Shown piece by piece: positions 32,342 to 42,673 of a stretch of 64,000 nt of DNA. The DNA lies in IMG/VR virus record IMGVR_UViG_3300035698_022433; one strand, 5' to 3'. Position 1 is the first letter of the stretch; each line of letters starts with the position of its first letter. The notes under the pieces are model-generated. The model searched no databases. It was not told where the DNA came from and saw only the letters and a program-made list of their open reading frames with translations. The translations under genes and the position numbers were made by a program. This DNA is from an uncultured virus (IMG/VR IMGVR_UViG_3300035698_022433) (Duplodnaviria; Heunggongvirae; Uroviricota; Caudoviricetes).

Positions 32342-32729
32342 GAAAAAAGAATTGACATTTAGTCAACGCGCAAAGAAGGTTCAATCACAATTTGATGAAA
32401 TTGATAAAAAAGAAGGAAAAAAGCCATTTAATGTAGAGAGGAGAAGAGTTGACGAAGTGGATTCAAATTAGTAAAGAGGAGGAGGAAAATGAATAAAGAA
32501 AAATATGAACCACTTAAGGGAAAAGCACAAAAAGATAAGTTTGGTATATTTTTTGATGGAGAGGCAGTAGAGTCCGCAGTTCGCGGATTACTTGAAAAAA
32601 TAAATAATTCTGGAATTGAAACAGTCCACGGTTTTTTTGACGAGGCTTTTCATGAGTGGTTTCCGGACATAATTAAGGAAGGGTATTGATAATCCCTTCT
32701 TTTTTTTAAATATATAAGGATTGATATAG

Positions 32730-33299
32730 ATGAATGAAAGCATAAAGAAAGTTGCTATATATGTTCGTGTTAGTAAAGAGAAACAAATTTTAGAGAATCA
32801 GCTTGCCAAAATCAGAGAATATATTAAAATTAAAGGATGGGAAGAAGTTAGTGTTTATGAAGATAAAATAACTGGAAAAGCAACATCAAGAAAAGCACTT
32901 GACAAATTAATGCAGGATGCAAGAAAAGGGAAATTTAATCATGTTAGCATTTGGGCTGTTGATAGATTAGGTAGGTCTCCTATACATATGTTTCAAGTCG
33001 TAGAAGAGTGGAAAAAGTTAGGAATTCAATTTAATATAGTAACATTGGGAATAGATACATCAACACCGGTAGGTGAATTTGTTTTTGGTTTGTTGGCGCA
33101 AGTTGCAAAGCTTGAGAGAGATTTTAATATACAACGAACAAATGCTGGTCTTGACAAAATTAGAAATGCAATTGAAAGAGATGGATTCTATATTACGAAG
33201 GAAGGAAAAAGAATAACGTCACTTGGAAGACCAAAAGGCAAGAAAGACAACGTAAGACGAAAAAAGTCTGGTTATCACAGAAGGTGGGCAGAAAAATGA
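32730..33299 (+). CDS. Serine recombinase (resolvase/invertase family)
   Basis: YVRVS catalytic Ser, Q..ENQ, DRLGRS, DTSTPVG, ER..AGL, LGRPKG. Confidence 0.92.
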   Translation: MNESIKKVAIYVRVSKEKQILENQLAKIREYIKIKGWEEVSVYEDKITGKATSRKALDKLMQDARKGKFNHVSIWAVDRLGRSPIHMFQVVEEWKKLGIQFNIVTLGIDTSTPVGEFVFGLLAQVAKLERDFNIQRTNAGLDKIRNAIERDGFYITKEGKRITSLGRPKGKKDNVRRKKSGYHRRWAEK

Positions 33300-33715
33300 G
33301 TAAATATAAGGCCCCCCTGTTTTTGTGTTGTTTTTTCACCATGTTGAAACGCTCAATTTTTCGCTGTAAATATACGAACGTATTTCCGGTATGGTAGAAA
33401 AAATGTATGTAATGGTAGAGCTGAAAAAATGAGAAACTTAGTAGAGAAGAAATTTGAGAGAATTGAAGGGATATTACATCATTTGTCAAGTGCTAAAAAA
33501 AAGGAATATAGAGAAATAGGTACAAACAACATATTAGTGGATTTGGAATATGTAAGGAAATACATAGAAATATTAGAATGCTTTTGTGAAAATTTCTGTG
33601 GTAAGAAAATGGATGAATTATCTGGATTTGATTTAACAGATAAAAAACAGCAAATTACATTTATGATGCTAGGTCATCTTGCTGAGTTTTTTAATGTGAG
33701 AGAAGAAGGGGTACA

Positions 33716-33925
33716 ATAGAAACAGAACAAATAGTCTTAGTTTGGTGTTATCGCGGCTACAGACCAGGTATGGTAAAAGATATTGGAAAAAGAAAAACAT
33801 TAATAGCTTGGGCCGATTCCAAGAAAGAGTGGATTGAAAATGATAGAATCAGAACCCCTGAGAACTTAAAAGACAAGTTATGGATAATAAGAGCACTTAA
33901 AACGGAAAAGGAAATAAATGGTTGA
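33716..33925 (+). CDS. Hypothetical protein, probable ATA start (not in ORF track)
   Basis: 69-codon open frame exactly fills the gap between genes. ATA overlaps the upstream TAG, and GAAGGGG precedes it. Confidence 0.45.
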   Translation: METEQIVLVWCYRGYRPGMVKDIGKRKTLIAWADSKKEWIENDRIRTPENLKDKLWIIRALKTEKEING

Positions 33926-34124
33926 TGTTGAATGTGAATGGTGTGGTAAAACAATAGTTAGGTCACCGCGAAGAGCAAGGATTGTAGCAAAGCATTTTTG
34001 CAATATAGACCACTATAAAAAATACAAACACAAGTATGGATATTACAAACGTGAACAACAAACTAATTCATACCAAAAAATAAAAAAGTTAGCAGAAGAG
34101 TTAAAAAAGAAGAAAGGTAAGTAA

Positions 34125-34538
34125 ATGAATAAATCGGAAATGATACCCGCAATAATATATGCTACAATAATAGTGGCTACAACAGCATTAATAATGTTTA
34201 TATTGTTGTTTCAAAATTCGATTGTTGTAGATGAATTGTCACATACAACAACTTATGAAAACATTACTGTTACAAATGCAAAGATATTGGTAGAAAGCAA
34301 GACTAATATTACAATTGCTGATTGCACAGGTGGTTGCCAACCATGTTCATGGAAAAACGGTAATATCCCTGGAGCAACATGGGTTGAAAATTACGAAACA
34401 TTATACAATTCAACTAATACGTTGTTAATTTATACAAAAGATGGTTTAGGGAGTGAAGAAATTTGCAAGCTGTTAGTTGGTCATGTTTATGGTGATATTT
34501 ATAATTTAGTTGGCGGTTACAATATGTGGGTGAATTGA
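34125..34538 (+). CDS. Membrane-anchored rhodanese-like domain protein
   Basis: N-terminal TM, GNIPGA, IYNLVGGYNMW. Confidence 0.65.
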   Translation: MNKSEMIPAIIYATIIVATTALIMFILLFQNSIVVDELSHTTTYENITVTNAKILVESKTNITIADCTGGCQPCSWKNGNIPGATWVENYETLYNSTNTLLIYTKDGLGSEEICKLLVGHVYGDIYNLVGGYNMWVN

Positions 34539-36760
34539 TGAATGTACCATTAAGCGCAACACCGGTATCCTATGGCGGAGTAGAAAAATTAAAGGTTTGG
34601 TACAACGGAAAACAAACAATAGTTGATACAAAGATTAAACCATACTTTTATTCATATGATGATTTACACATCAATGCAAAAAAATCAACAGTTAATGCAA
34701 TAGCATTATCAACATATCAAAAGAAACGATTTTTCAAATATGAATTCAATACGCGAAGAGAACTATACGAACAAAACAGAAGCGGTATAACATTCGAAGG
34801 TAGTATATCTGAAGGAATACTATACATAATAAGAAACAGAATTGACATTCCTGATGTATTTACAAGATTTCCACACTCTGATGATTTAAAATTCTTATTT
34901 TTCGATGTTGAACAATTCACTAAACCAGATAAAATGTTTCCAACGTATGATGATAGATTAATATCAATTGCGTATTGCACTAATGATAGAAGGATGAAAA
35001 CCATATGTCTTAAAAAAGAAACACAAACAGATAAGGAATTGTTAGAAAAATTCATTGAGGAATACGAAAAGATAAATCCTGATGTTCTTGTAGTTTATAA
35101 CAAAACATATGATATACCAACAGTAATCAATAGATGTATTGCAAATGGTATTCCAACAACGAGCTTCTCAAAGAATAAAACAAAGCCGTTCTTAAGTAGA
35201 AAAAATGTTGCATTCATAGATGGTGTTGTTACATATGATGTATATGATTCAGCACGTGATGACCAAACATTAACCGGTAATGTTGAGAATAGAGGGCTAA
35301 AAGCTGTTTCTGACTACTTTGAGTTTAAGGGTGAACGAGAGCCTCTAGAGGCAAAACACATTTCCGAATATATTGGTACTCAAGAATTAATAGATTATAA
35401 TAGAGATGACGTAAGAAGGCTTCTGTGGTTGTTTGACATATATTGGCCGGGAATTGAATACACCGCAAATGATTTGAAAGTACCACTTAATCTTGCTCTT
35501 GATATGAGCATTACTAAGCTTGGATTGATTGTTATGGGTGATGAGTACAGGAAACGAAATATCATTGCCGATGGTAGAAACTATGATAGGTATCCTGAGA
35601 TTTTTCAACGTAAGAAGAAAGCAGGTGAACCAAATTATCGCGGTGCACTAGTCGATATAGCAAGAACTGGTTTTTTCACACCAATGTATAAAGCTGATTA
35701 TTCAAGTATGTACCCAAAAATTATGTCAGAATTTAATTTATCACCAGATACGACAACATTGTTAATGTTTGAACCATATGGTGACTTCAAGATTATAGAA
35801 GAGGAAAACGCATTTATCTACTATATACCAGACAGTGTGCTAAAAAAGACGATGGTAATACAAGTTTTAAAGAAACCTGGATTTTTTGCTCTGTTAGTTA
35901 AAAAGTTCTTAGATGAAAGGTCTGAAGAAAAAGCATTATTCAAAAAAACTGGTGATAAGGACCATGAAACAAAATCAAATAGTAGTAAAGTAAAAGCTAA
36001 TGGTGGAGTTTACGGTAACCAAGGTTCTGCGAATCATCCATATGGTTTTGCACCAATCGCAGTTGCAACATGTGGTATTGGTAGAGAATGCGCTCAATTA
36101 CTGATAGATATTCTTAATAAATTGTATCCGAATTGTGTTATCGAATGGGATACTGATGGAATTTTCTTTTCCATTGATGCTACAGTATTTGATAAAAATA
36201 TCATAATAAAAGAATTCAATAAACAGTTAGAACAAAAATTTGGAAAAGATTTAAATTTAACAATAGATATCGATGACTATGATGCTGGTTATTTCTACAA
36301 AGCAAAGAATTATCTTTTAAAGAAAGGAGATAAGATAATCTACCATGGTGTGGCAATGAAAGCGCGAAGTAAAGATAACCTCAGTAAGAATTTAATACAA
36401 GAGCTAGCAAAGGCAAAGTTAAATAACAAGCCAACGCTTACCATTATGAAAAAATACAAAAAATTAGATTTTCCATTAAAGGATTTTGCTATGAATGTTA
36501 CCATGGGAATGCCGTTATTCCAATACATAAACAAGAATTCATTAGCTCCTCGCCTTGCTATACGTGCAGAGAAGAAGTTAGGGATGAAAATGCAACCAGG
36601 CAACCAATACTACTATGTTAAAGAGAAAGATGATTACGAACTCCTGGAATTAACATCATTGGAGAAGATAGACAAACAATACTATATGGATGAAGTTATA
36701 CGGATTTTGAAAATGTTTGATACAACACTAATAGTTGATGACATTGATAGGTGGCTGTAA
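34538..36760 (+). CDS. polB: Family B DNA polymerase with 3'-5' exonuclease domain
   Basis: ExoI FFDVE, ExoII YN..YD, ExoIII YNRDD. Polymerase motifs DYSSMYP, K..ANG..YG, DTDG, K.Y. Confidence 0.95.
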   Translation: MNVPLSATPVSYGGVEKLKVWYNGKQTIVDTKIKPYFYSYDDLHINAKKSTVNAIALSTYQKKRFFKYEFNTRRELYEQNRSGITFEGSISEGILYIIRNRIDIPDVFTRFPHSDDLKFLFFDVEQFTKPDKMFPTYDDRLISIAYCTNDRRMKTICLKKETQTDKELLEKFIEEYEKINPDVLVVYNKTYDIPTVINRCIANGIPTTSFSKNKTKPFLSRKNVAFIDGVVTYDVYDSARDDQTLTGNVENRGLKAVSDYFEFKGEREPLEAKHISEYIGTQELIDYNRDDVRRLLWLFDIYWPGIEYTANDLKVPLNLALDMSITKLGLIVMGDEYRKRNIIADGRNYDRYPEIFQRKKKAGEPNYRGALVDIARTGFFTPMYKADYSSMYPKIMSEFNLSPDTTTLLMFEPYGDFKIIEEENAFIYYIPDSVLKKTMVIQVLKKPGFFALLVKKFLDERSEEKALFKKTGDKDHETKSNSSKVKANGGVYGNQGSANHPYGFAPIAVATCGIGRECAQLLIDILNKLYPNCVIEWDTDGIFFSIDATVFDKNIIIKEFNKQLEQKFGKDLNLTIDIDDYDAGYFYKAKNYLLKKGDKIIYHGVAMKARSKDNLSKNLIQELAKAKLNNKPTLTIMKKYKKLDFPLKDFAMNVTMGMPLFQYINKNSLAPRLAIRAEKKLGMKMQPGNQYYYVKEKDDYELLELTSLEKIDKQYYMDEVIRILKMFDTTLIVDDIDRWL

Positions 36761-37062
36761 TGAATTCAATTTTAAGACAGTCAGCAAAAATATATATGGA
36801 CTTATCTAATTGCGAAAAATGGGTATTAGATAGAATTACATTTGTACTTCAAGTACGTGGTTTAAGAACTGTTGTGAGGCATATGATTAGTGTTGTAAGT
36901 TTAGAACAACCATATACTGTTAGCCAAATACATTATGCTTTAAAGAAATTAGAAAAGAAAAATTGGGTTGTAGGAGAAGATGGTGAATATTATTTTGGTG
37001 ATGAGTATCATTTATATTGGTGGTCTCAAAATGGAGTGTTGATAGATGGTTATAATAGATAA
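36760..37062 (+). CDS. Winged-helix-like protein
   Basis: LSNCEKWVL...YTVSQIHYALKKLEKKNWV. Paralog of the next gene. Confidence 0.5.
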   Translation: MNSILRQSAKIYMDLSNCEKWVLDRITFVLQVRGLRTVVRHMISVVSLEQPYTVSQIHYALKKLEKKNWVVGEDGEYYFGDEYHLYWWSQNGVLIDGYNR

Positions 37063-37357
37063 CAATCTTGACCAAATAACACTAGCATGTTTAAATCTAT
37101 CAAAAATAGAAGAGTTTGTTTTAGAAAAAATTATACATGTTTTCAAAGTAAGTGATTTTGAATGTTTTTCAAAAGATTACATTATTGGTGGTATATCAAC
37201 ACGTTACACCGAAAAAGAAGTAAGTTCTGCGCTTAGAAAATTAAAAAAGAAAGGTTTAATTGAAAGAGACAATGGTATGATTCGACTAAGCGATAAGTAT
37301 TATTCACAAACATGGTCACAAACTAATGCATTAAGTGATGTTGACAAATGGTTATAA
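37046..37357 (+). CDS. Winged-helix-like protein
   Basis: LSKIEEFVL...YTEKEVSSALRKLKKKGLI. Confidence 0.55.
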   Translation: MVIIDNNLDQITLACLNLSKIEEFVLEKIIHVFKVSDFECFSKDYIIGGISTRYTEKEVSSALRKLKKKGLIERDNGMIRLSDKYYSQTWSQTNALSDVDKWL

Positions 37358-37375
37358 AGAAGAAGGAGGTGAAAA

Positions 37376-37789
37376 ATGAAACTTAAAAGAAAGGCAAAAC
37401 AACAAGCATACAAACCAATATCACAATCACAATCAGACATAGACCAAGGATTGAAAGCAGCGTTTAGCGGAGCAAAACAACAACCACAGCAACAACAACC
37501 ACGCGGCATGTTCGCACCAAAGCAGCAACAACCACAACAGCAACAACCACAACAACAACAAGGTCAATTTAACATACCCAACTATTGGGGTGCTAAACCA
37601 TTGACTCCCAAACAACCAATAACTCAACCACAGATACAACAACAACCACAACAACCGCAACCACAAGAAGAAGAAGCATATTGGTCTGCAGAAGATTGGG
37701 AAGAATGGGCAATTGCGTTGTATAATCAATTTCCAGATTATAGAGCAATTCTTCCAGATTGGTTTATTGAAGCGATGCAAGAGCAGTAA
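37376..37789 (+). CDS. Gln/Pro-rich low-complexity protein
   Basis: Strong SD (GGAGGTGA), poly-Q/P tracts encoded by CAA/CCA repeats, acidic Trp-rich C-terminus. Confidence 0.7.
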   Translation: MKLKRKAKQQAYKPISQSQSDIDQGLKAAFSGAKQQPQQQQPRGMFAPKQQQPQQQQPQQQQGQFNIPNYWGAKPLTPKQPITQPQIQQQPQQPQPQEEEAYWSAEDWEEWAIALYNQFPDYRAILPDWFIEAMQEQ

Positions 37790-38731
37790 ATGCGGGATTG
37801 GTGAACGAGGAGAAACCTTTTTATACAGCATAATTGTTAATGTATTCTATAAGTTAAATGTTCTAGGAAGGAAAATATATGAAATCCGCGGAATATGGCA
37901 GTATGATAATGCTAATGTTCATCAAAAATATAACCCACGAATACTGCGACAGTATTCAACAAGTTATTCTTCTAACTGATGCATTAGCAAAGAGATTTAA
38001 GTTAGATCCGAGCACTTTATCATACATGACGAAATACCTTATTATACAATATCTTGCATCTTCAAGAATACTAATAATTCAGAAAAGTGGTGCTGCAAGA
38101 AAAGTGAAGCTCGCAGCAGCTGTAAAAAATTATATAAAAGGTGAAGAAAAATGAATTCTGTAGAAATAGTTTGGTATATGGTAATAGTTCTCAACGTTGC
38201 AACCGTTGTTATTTGTTCTTACTTTTTCGGAATTGAGGACATTGGTGTAATAGTAATAATGATAATTGTTCTTTGTTCGATTAATGTTGTTGGAGTAGGA
38301 AATCATTATGATGCTTACAGTAGAGCAATCAAAATGCCAAATGAATATATAGCTATTGTTAAGAATGTTGAAGAAACAGAGGAACATTTAATGGATGCTA
38401 CGTCAATAGGACAGGGATTAGAAGCATTAGAGTATAAGAAAAAGCTGCAACAATGTATAGAAGAGAAGAATACTACTTATGCAGGTATTGTAAGCTATTT
38501 GGAAGACTATTATTCTCCGTACAAAGAACTAGTAAAAGATAGGTTGCCAAAAGGAACATATGGAACTATTGAAGTAAAATAAAACAAATCAGTCGATAGG
38601 TGACGACCTTTGTCTGTGACTCTCGCATAGGGTAAATTTTGTATTACCGTTTAATTATTACTAACCCTGGAGTAAGATGGCTACGATGGAAGTACCACGG
38701 GATAAAGCAGTCCACCCGGCAAGTGATTTGA

Positions 38732-39037
38732 GTGAATAATATGAAAGCAAAAAAACACGACCAAAAATATCAAACGTGGTATGAAAGCATAGCTATTCCT
38801 ATACAAACAGTAAGGAAGTTTGGTAATAGCTACGGCATAACAATACCAAAAAAAACAGTTGACAAATATGACATAGCAGGAAAGAAGGTATTTCCAATTT
38901 TATTAAAGCGACAAAAAAAAATTCTTTATGAGTTAGAAGATGGACATGAGTGGATTGACATGAGCATACGAGAAAAAAGTATATGCAAACAAGCATTAAT
39001 AAATAATGGATATACTGAAAATGAGATAAACTTCTAA
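38732..39037 (+). CDS. AbrB/MazE-like swapped-hairpin DNA-binding protein
   Basis: VRKFGNSYGITIPK motif. Confidence 0.65.
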   Translation: MNNMKAKKHDQKYQTWYESIAIPIQTVRKFGNSYGITIPKKTVDKYDIAGKKVFPILLKRQKKILYELEDGHEWIDMSIREKSICKQALINNGYTENEINF

Positions 39038-39630
39038 CACATCACTACAAAAATGAAAAGACCATTAGAGATATTGTGTCTATGTAGCTCTTTTAGTTGT
39101 TTTATGACATGTTTGTGGTGATTTACTACCATTAAAAAGTAATACGCTTCTCTATAATAATATAGGAAATTAAAATTTCCTTTTATAATATATACAAATA
39201 ATGGGGAGCTTTTGCATTCCCCAATTATTAAAAGAAGGTAAAAACATGTCCCGCAAAATCGACAACATCCAAGCAGCGGTCGAGTCGCGACTACGCCGCA
39301 GCTTCGCTAACAACAAGTTCCTAGTACTGCTCATCATTAAGGTAATCATATTCATGCTCGTCACTACGTTCCTTTCTGGCTTCATCTATTCGACAGATGA
39401 TTTCATAACTACAATGGCCTACATGTTCGCAATCGCTTTCTTTATCTTTATCATACCATTTGAAAGGATATTATTTTTTTCTAATTCAACTTTGATTGTC
39501 AAAAGACAACGAAAAAGCAAAAGAAGACAGAAATAATGAAAAAAGTTAAAGATAGATTGGGGCCAGGGGCATTTCACCACCACATAGTAATATTTATAAT
39601 ACAAAAAAACAATACCTACAACGGAAAGCT

Positions 39631-40005
39631 ATGACAACAAAAGAAGAGATACTTGCGTTATTATCAAAAACACCATTGTCCGCAAAAGAGCTATCACTAC
39701 TTACTGGCTATTCAGAAAGTGGAATAAGAGGCAGGATCAGTAGTCTTCGAAAAAATGATTACACCATAAAATTATCAACCACTACCTCAAAAAAATATGT
39801 ATTGATCATTGGTTCTGACTACTCAAGGTTCATTGATTGGCTTAAAAAAACCAATAGTTACAACATACTATTAAACTATAATGATATCGCAAAAGCCTTG
39901 GATATGTCTCTAGATGATATCAAAGATATAATGTACCGGATGTACAAAGATGGTGTGCTACACCAACACTCAAGCGACATTGTCGTAATACAGCGAAAAC
40001 TATAA
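39631..40005 (+). CDS. Tandem HTH DNA-binding protein
   Basis: LSAKELS..TGYSESGIRGRISSLRK, second HTH YNDIAKALDMS. Confidence 0.7.
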   Translation: MTTKEEILALLSKTPLSAKELSLLTGYSESGIRGRISSLRKNDYTIKLSTTTSKKYVLIIGSDYSRFIDWLKKTNSYNILLNYNDIAKALDMSLDDIKDIMYRMYKDGVLHQHSSDIVVIQRKL

Positions 40006-40105
40006 AAATATCAATCACTTTACTATACCACGATTAGTCTTATATTATTATATAAGACTAATAAGAGGAGCCCACATCGCGGTTCGACTCCGCGACCAAG
40101 AAATA

Positions 40106-40205
40106 GGTTTCCGGCGACAGTCAGTAAAACCATTTCTCCTAGTGAGTTCTCAAAGAACTCTTCAAAAGTAAAGTGTAGACTGGTATGGCAACGTTGCCGG
40201 AAACC
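40106..40205 (+). ncRNA. Putative structured RNA (13-bp closing stem)
   Basis: ggtttccggcgac pairs with gttgccggaaacc. Internal gagttct-caa-agaactc hairpin. Confidence 0.5.
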
Positions 40206-40516
40206 GAATGATAATTAAAAAACTATTTATGCCACTATTTTATACCAATCACCATGCTAGAAGAAATAACTCCGGAGCAAGTCATTCAACTGGCCAATAT
40301 CATGCAAGAGATAATATTCGTCTTTTTATTTGTAATGCTCCTCTATTTCTTCGCCAAAGCCATTCCTGCCTTTTTACAATACAAAACAATCAAAATGGTC
40401 GAAATCAAGGTTACACAAACACCCCCCGAAAATAACAAGAAATTGACTATCCATGAATTATACGAAAGATATACAAGTTGGAGAAATAAACGAAAAGAGA
40501 AAAAGGACTTATTTTA

Positions 40517-41974
40517 ATGAAAAAAGTACTCCTAGTCTACGCCGACAGCTTCAGCGACGGAATATTGCCGATTGGAATTGCAATGCTTACGGCAGCGCTG
40601 CGAGACCATTTCGACCTTAAATTGTTTGATACTACATTCTATCCTGGTAAATTCACCGAAATGCGAAAATGGCGCGAAGCCACCCTCGAATACAAACCCC
40701 TGGTTAAAGAACTTTATAGTCTCAATGACACTAACATATACGAAGATTTTTATGAATCATACCTAAGATTCAATCCCGACATCGTCGCAATATCAGCAAC
40801 ATCATCGGATTATCAATTAGGTCTCAGTTTACTCAAAGGTGTTGAATGTCCGGTAATCTTTGGCGGCATCCACGCGACAATCGCACCAAATGATATAATC
40901 ACTCATTCAAAGGTCACTCACTTATTCCGCGGCGAAGCCGAACACATAATAGTTGATTTATTCAACGATATCATCAATGGTGGCAACTTATCCAAACACC
41001 AAGGCCTATGGTACAAAAAAGGCAACAAAATCTTCAAAAACCCCGGAGTTCCAATAATCGAGGACCTAAACACCCTTCCTTGTCCGGATTGGTCGCTCTT
41101 CGACAAACGCCATTTTCTCAGACCATTCCAAGGTAAAGCTTATCGCCTTGGGACTTTCGAATTATCACGCGGTTGTCCATATAGTTGTACTTATTGTATC
41201 AATCATACTATTCAAAAACTCGTTGGTAAAAAACAACAATATCGCGAAAAGTCACTTGATATTGCGTTTTCTCACATTAAATCATTAGTCAAGCAATATG
41301 ATATCAATTTAATAAAATTCTGGGATGAATGCTTCCTTGGCCACAAAAAGTCATCAATTGAATTCCTCGAACGCTACAACGACGAAATCAACATTCCTTA
41401 CATGATTCAAACCCGGCCTGAAGGAATCACCCCGGAATTCGCCAAAGCCCTCAAAGATACACAATGTGTCAATCTCTCAATTGGCCTCGAATCCGGTTCA
41501 GAATACACAAGAAAACATCATCTCAAACGCTACATGACCGATCAACAAATAATCAATGGATTTCAAAACTGCAAACAACAAGGTCTTCGCACAACAACTT
41601 TCTTAATAATGGGCTTACCAGAGGAAACCCGAGAAGACATCTTTACTGGCATAAAACTTATCAAAAAATGCGAACCAACAGTTTGCGACACTTTCTTCCT
41701 TTTTCCATACAAAGGTACCGAAATTCGTGAATGGTGTATTGAAAATGATTGGCTTGACGCCGCTGAACCGAAAACCTATGAGGATACCCACAATGGATAT
41801 ATTCTTAAAAATCCAAACTTTACACTAGAAGAATTACGCAAACTCCGGAAAACCTTTTCCGTGTATGTCAATAGCGATGAAAAGTACTGGCCAATCATCA
41901 AACAAGCCGAAGACGATGATTTGCTCTATGAATACTTAAATACCATCCATTCTAAACTAATACACGATAAATAG
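40517..41974 (+). CDS. Cobalamin-binding radical SAM protein (class B methyltransferase-like)
   Basis: N-terminal B12-binding domain (PIGIAML, FGGIHAT, RGEAE), SRGCPYSCTYC, GLESGS, MGLPEET. Confidence 0.9.
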   Translation: MKKVLLVYADSFSDGILPIGIAMLTAALRDHFDLKLFDTTFYPGKFTEMRKWREATLEYKPLVKELYSLNDTNIYEDFYESYLRFNPDIVAISATSSDYQLGLSLLKGVECPVIFGGIHATIAPNDIITHSKVTHLFRGEAEHIIVDLFNDIINGGNLSKHQGLWYKKGNKIFKNPGVPIIEDLNTLPCPDWSLFDKRHFLRPFQGKAYRLGTFELSRGCPYSCTYCINHTIQKLVGKKQQYREKSLDIAFSHIKSLVKQYDINLIKFWDECFLGHKKSSIEFLERYNDEINIPYMIQTRPEGITPEFAKALKDTQCVNLSIGLESGSEYTRKHHLKRYMTDQQIINGFQNCKQQGLRTTTFLIMGLPEETREDIFTGIKLIKKCEPTVCDTFFLFPYKGTEIREWCIENDWLDAAEPKTYEDTHNGYILKNPNFTLEELRKLRKTFSVYVNSDEKYWPIIKQAEDDDLLYEYLNTIHSKLIHDK

Positions 41975-42103
41975 GCTCTGTGTAAAAAATTCTAAAAATG
42001 CTTGATTTTATACACAAAATCGTGTCAATAGAAAAGTTTATATAGTACATGTCATATAATAATATAATATAAAAAAATAAAAAACATAAAAGGCGAAAAG
42101 AAT

Positions 42104-42673
42104 ATGAAAAAAAATACGAAAATTTTAGGAATGGGTTCAGCCATAGTGATTGCTGTGTTAATTTTGTTAACAGCATTTACCTCTGCATTTCCTGCTGAAC
42201 AAAGGCTGGTGCCAACTGGTGATATAGATGTTACAGCTAATCCAGTAATTGATAAAGACTGTGAATGTGATATTGTTGTATGTGACTATATTGTACCTGG
42301 TGCTGCTGAGATTCAGAGTAAGCCCTATTATTTTGATCGAGTTTGTGGGCGAGATAATACATCTGGAGAGTATGCAGCAAGATTAGAAGCACTAACAGCT
42401 TACTGTGAAGAGGGTACGACACCTGGAGATTGGTATGGCGGTGAAGGACTTAGTGGATTTGGCTTGCCTATAATCAATGCAATATTGGTTTGTTTTGGTG
42501 CGGCAGTAGCAGGAGCAGGAGTTGGAATAATAGCTACTGCTTTAATAGTAACAAGCGTAGCACTAGGAATGGCTCTTCTTGATGCAATACAAGCGGCGGG
42601 CATAACAGTAGAATGGCTAGTTTTTGCTGTAGCACAGATGTTTGCTGATTGCGTGGAATTTTTCAGCGGATAA
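42104..42673 (+). CDS. Secreted/membrane Cys-containing protein
   Basis: Signal peptide, CEC motif, hydrophobic Gly/Ala-rich C-terminus. Own TATA box at about 42031-42043. Confidence 0.55.
   Translation: MKKNTKILGMGSAIVIAVLILLTAFTSAFPAEQRLVPTGDIDVTANPVIDKDCECDIVVCDYIVPGAAEIQSKPYYFDRVCGRDNTSGEYAARLEALTAYCEEGTTPGDWYGGEGLSGFGLPIINAILVCFGAAVAGAGVGIIATALIVTSVALGMALLDAIQAAGITVEWLVFAVAQMFADCVEFFSG

Noticed and set aside
32730..33420. IS607/Tn3-type transposon around the serine recombinase
   Set aside because: No TnpB or transposase neighbour, no N-terminal MerR-like HTH and no terminal inverted repeats were found.
37478..37670. CAA/CCA repeats as a non-coding array
   Set aside because: Period 3 and in frame with the Q/P-rich ORF, so they are explained by coding.
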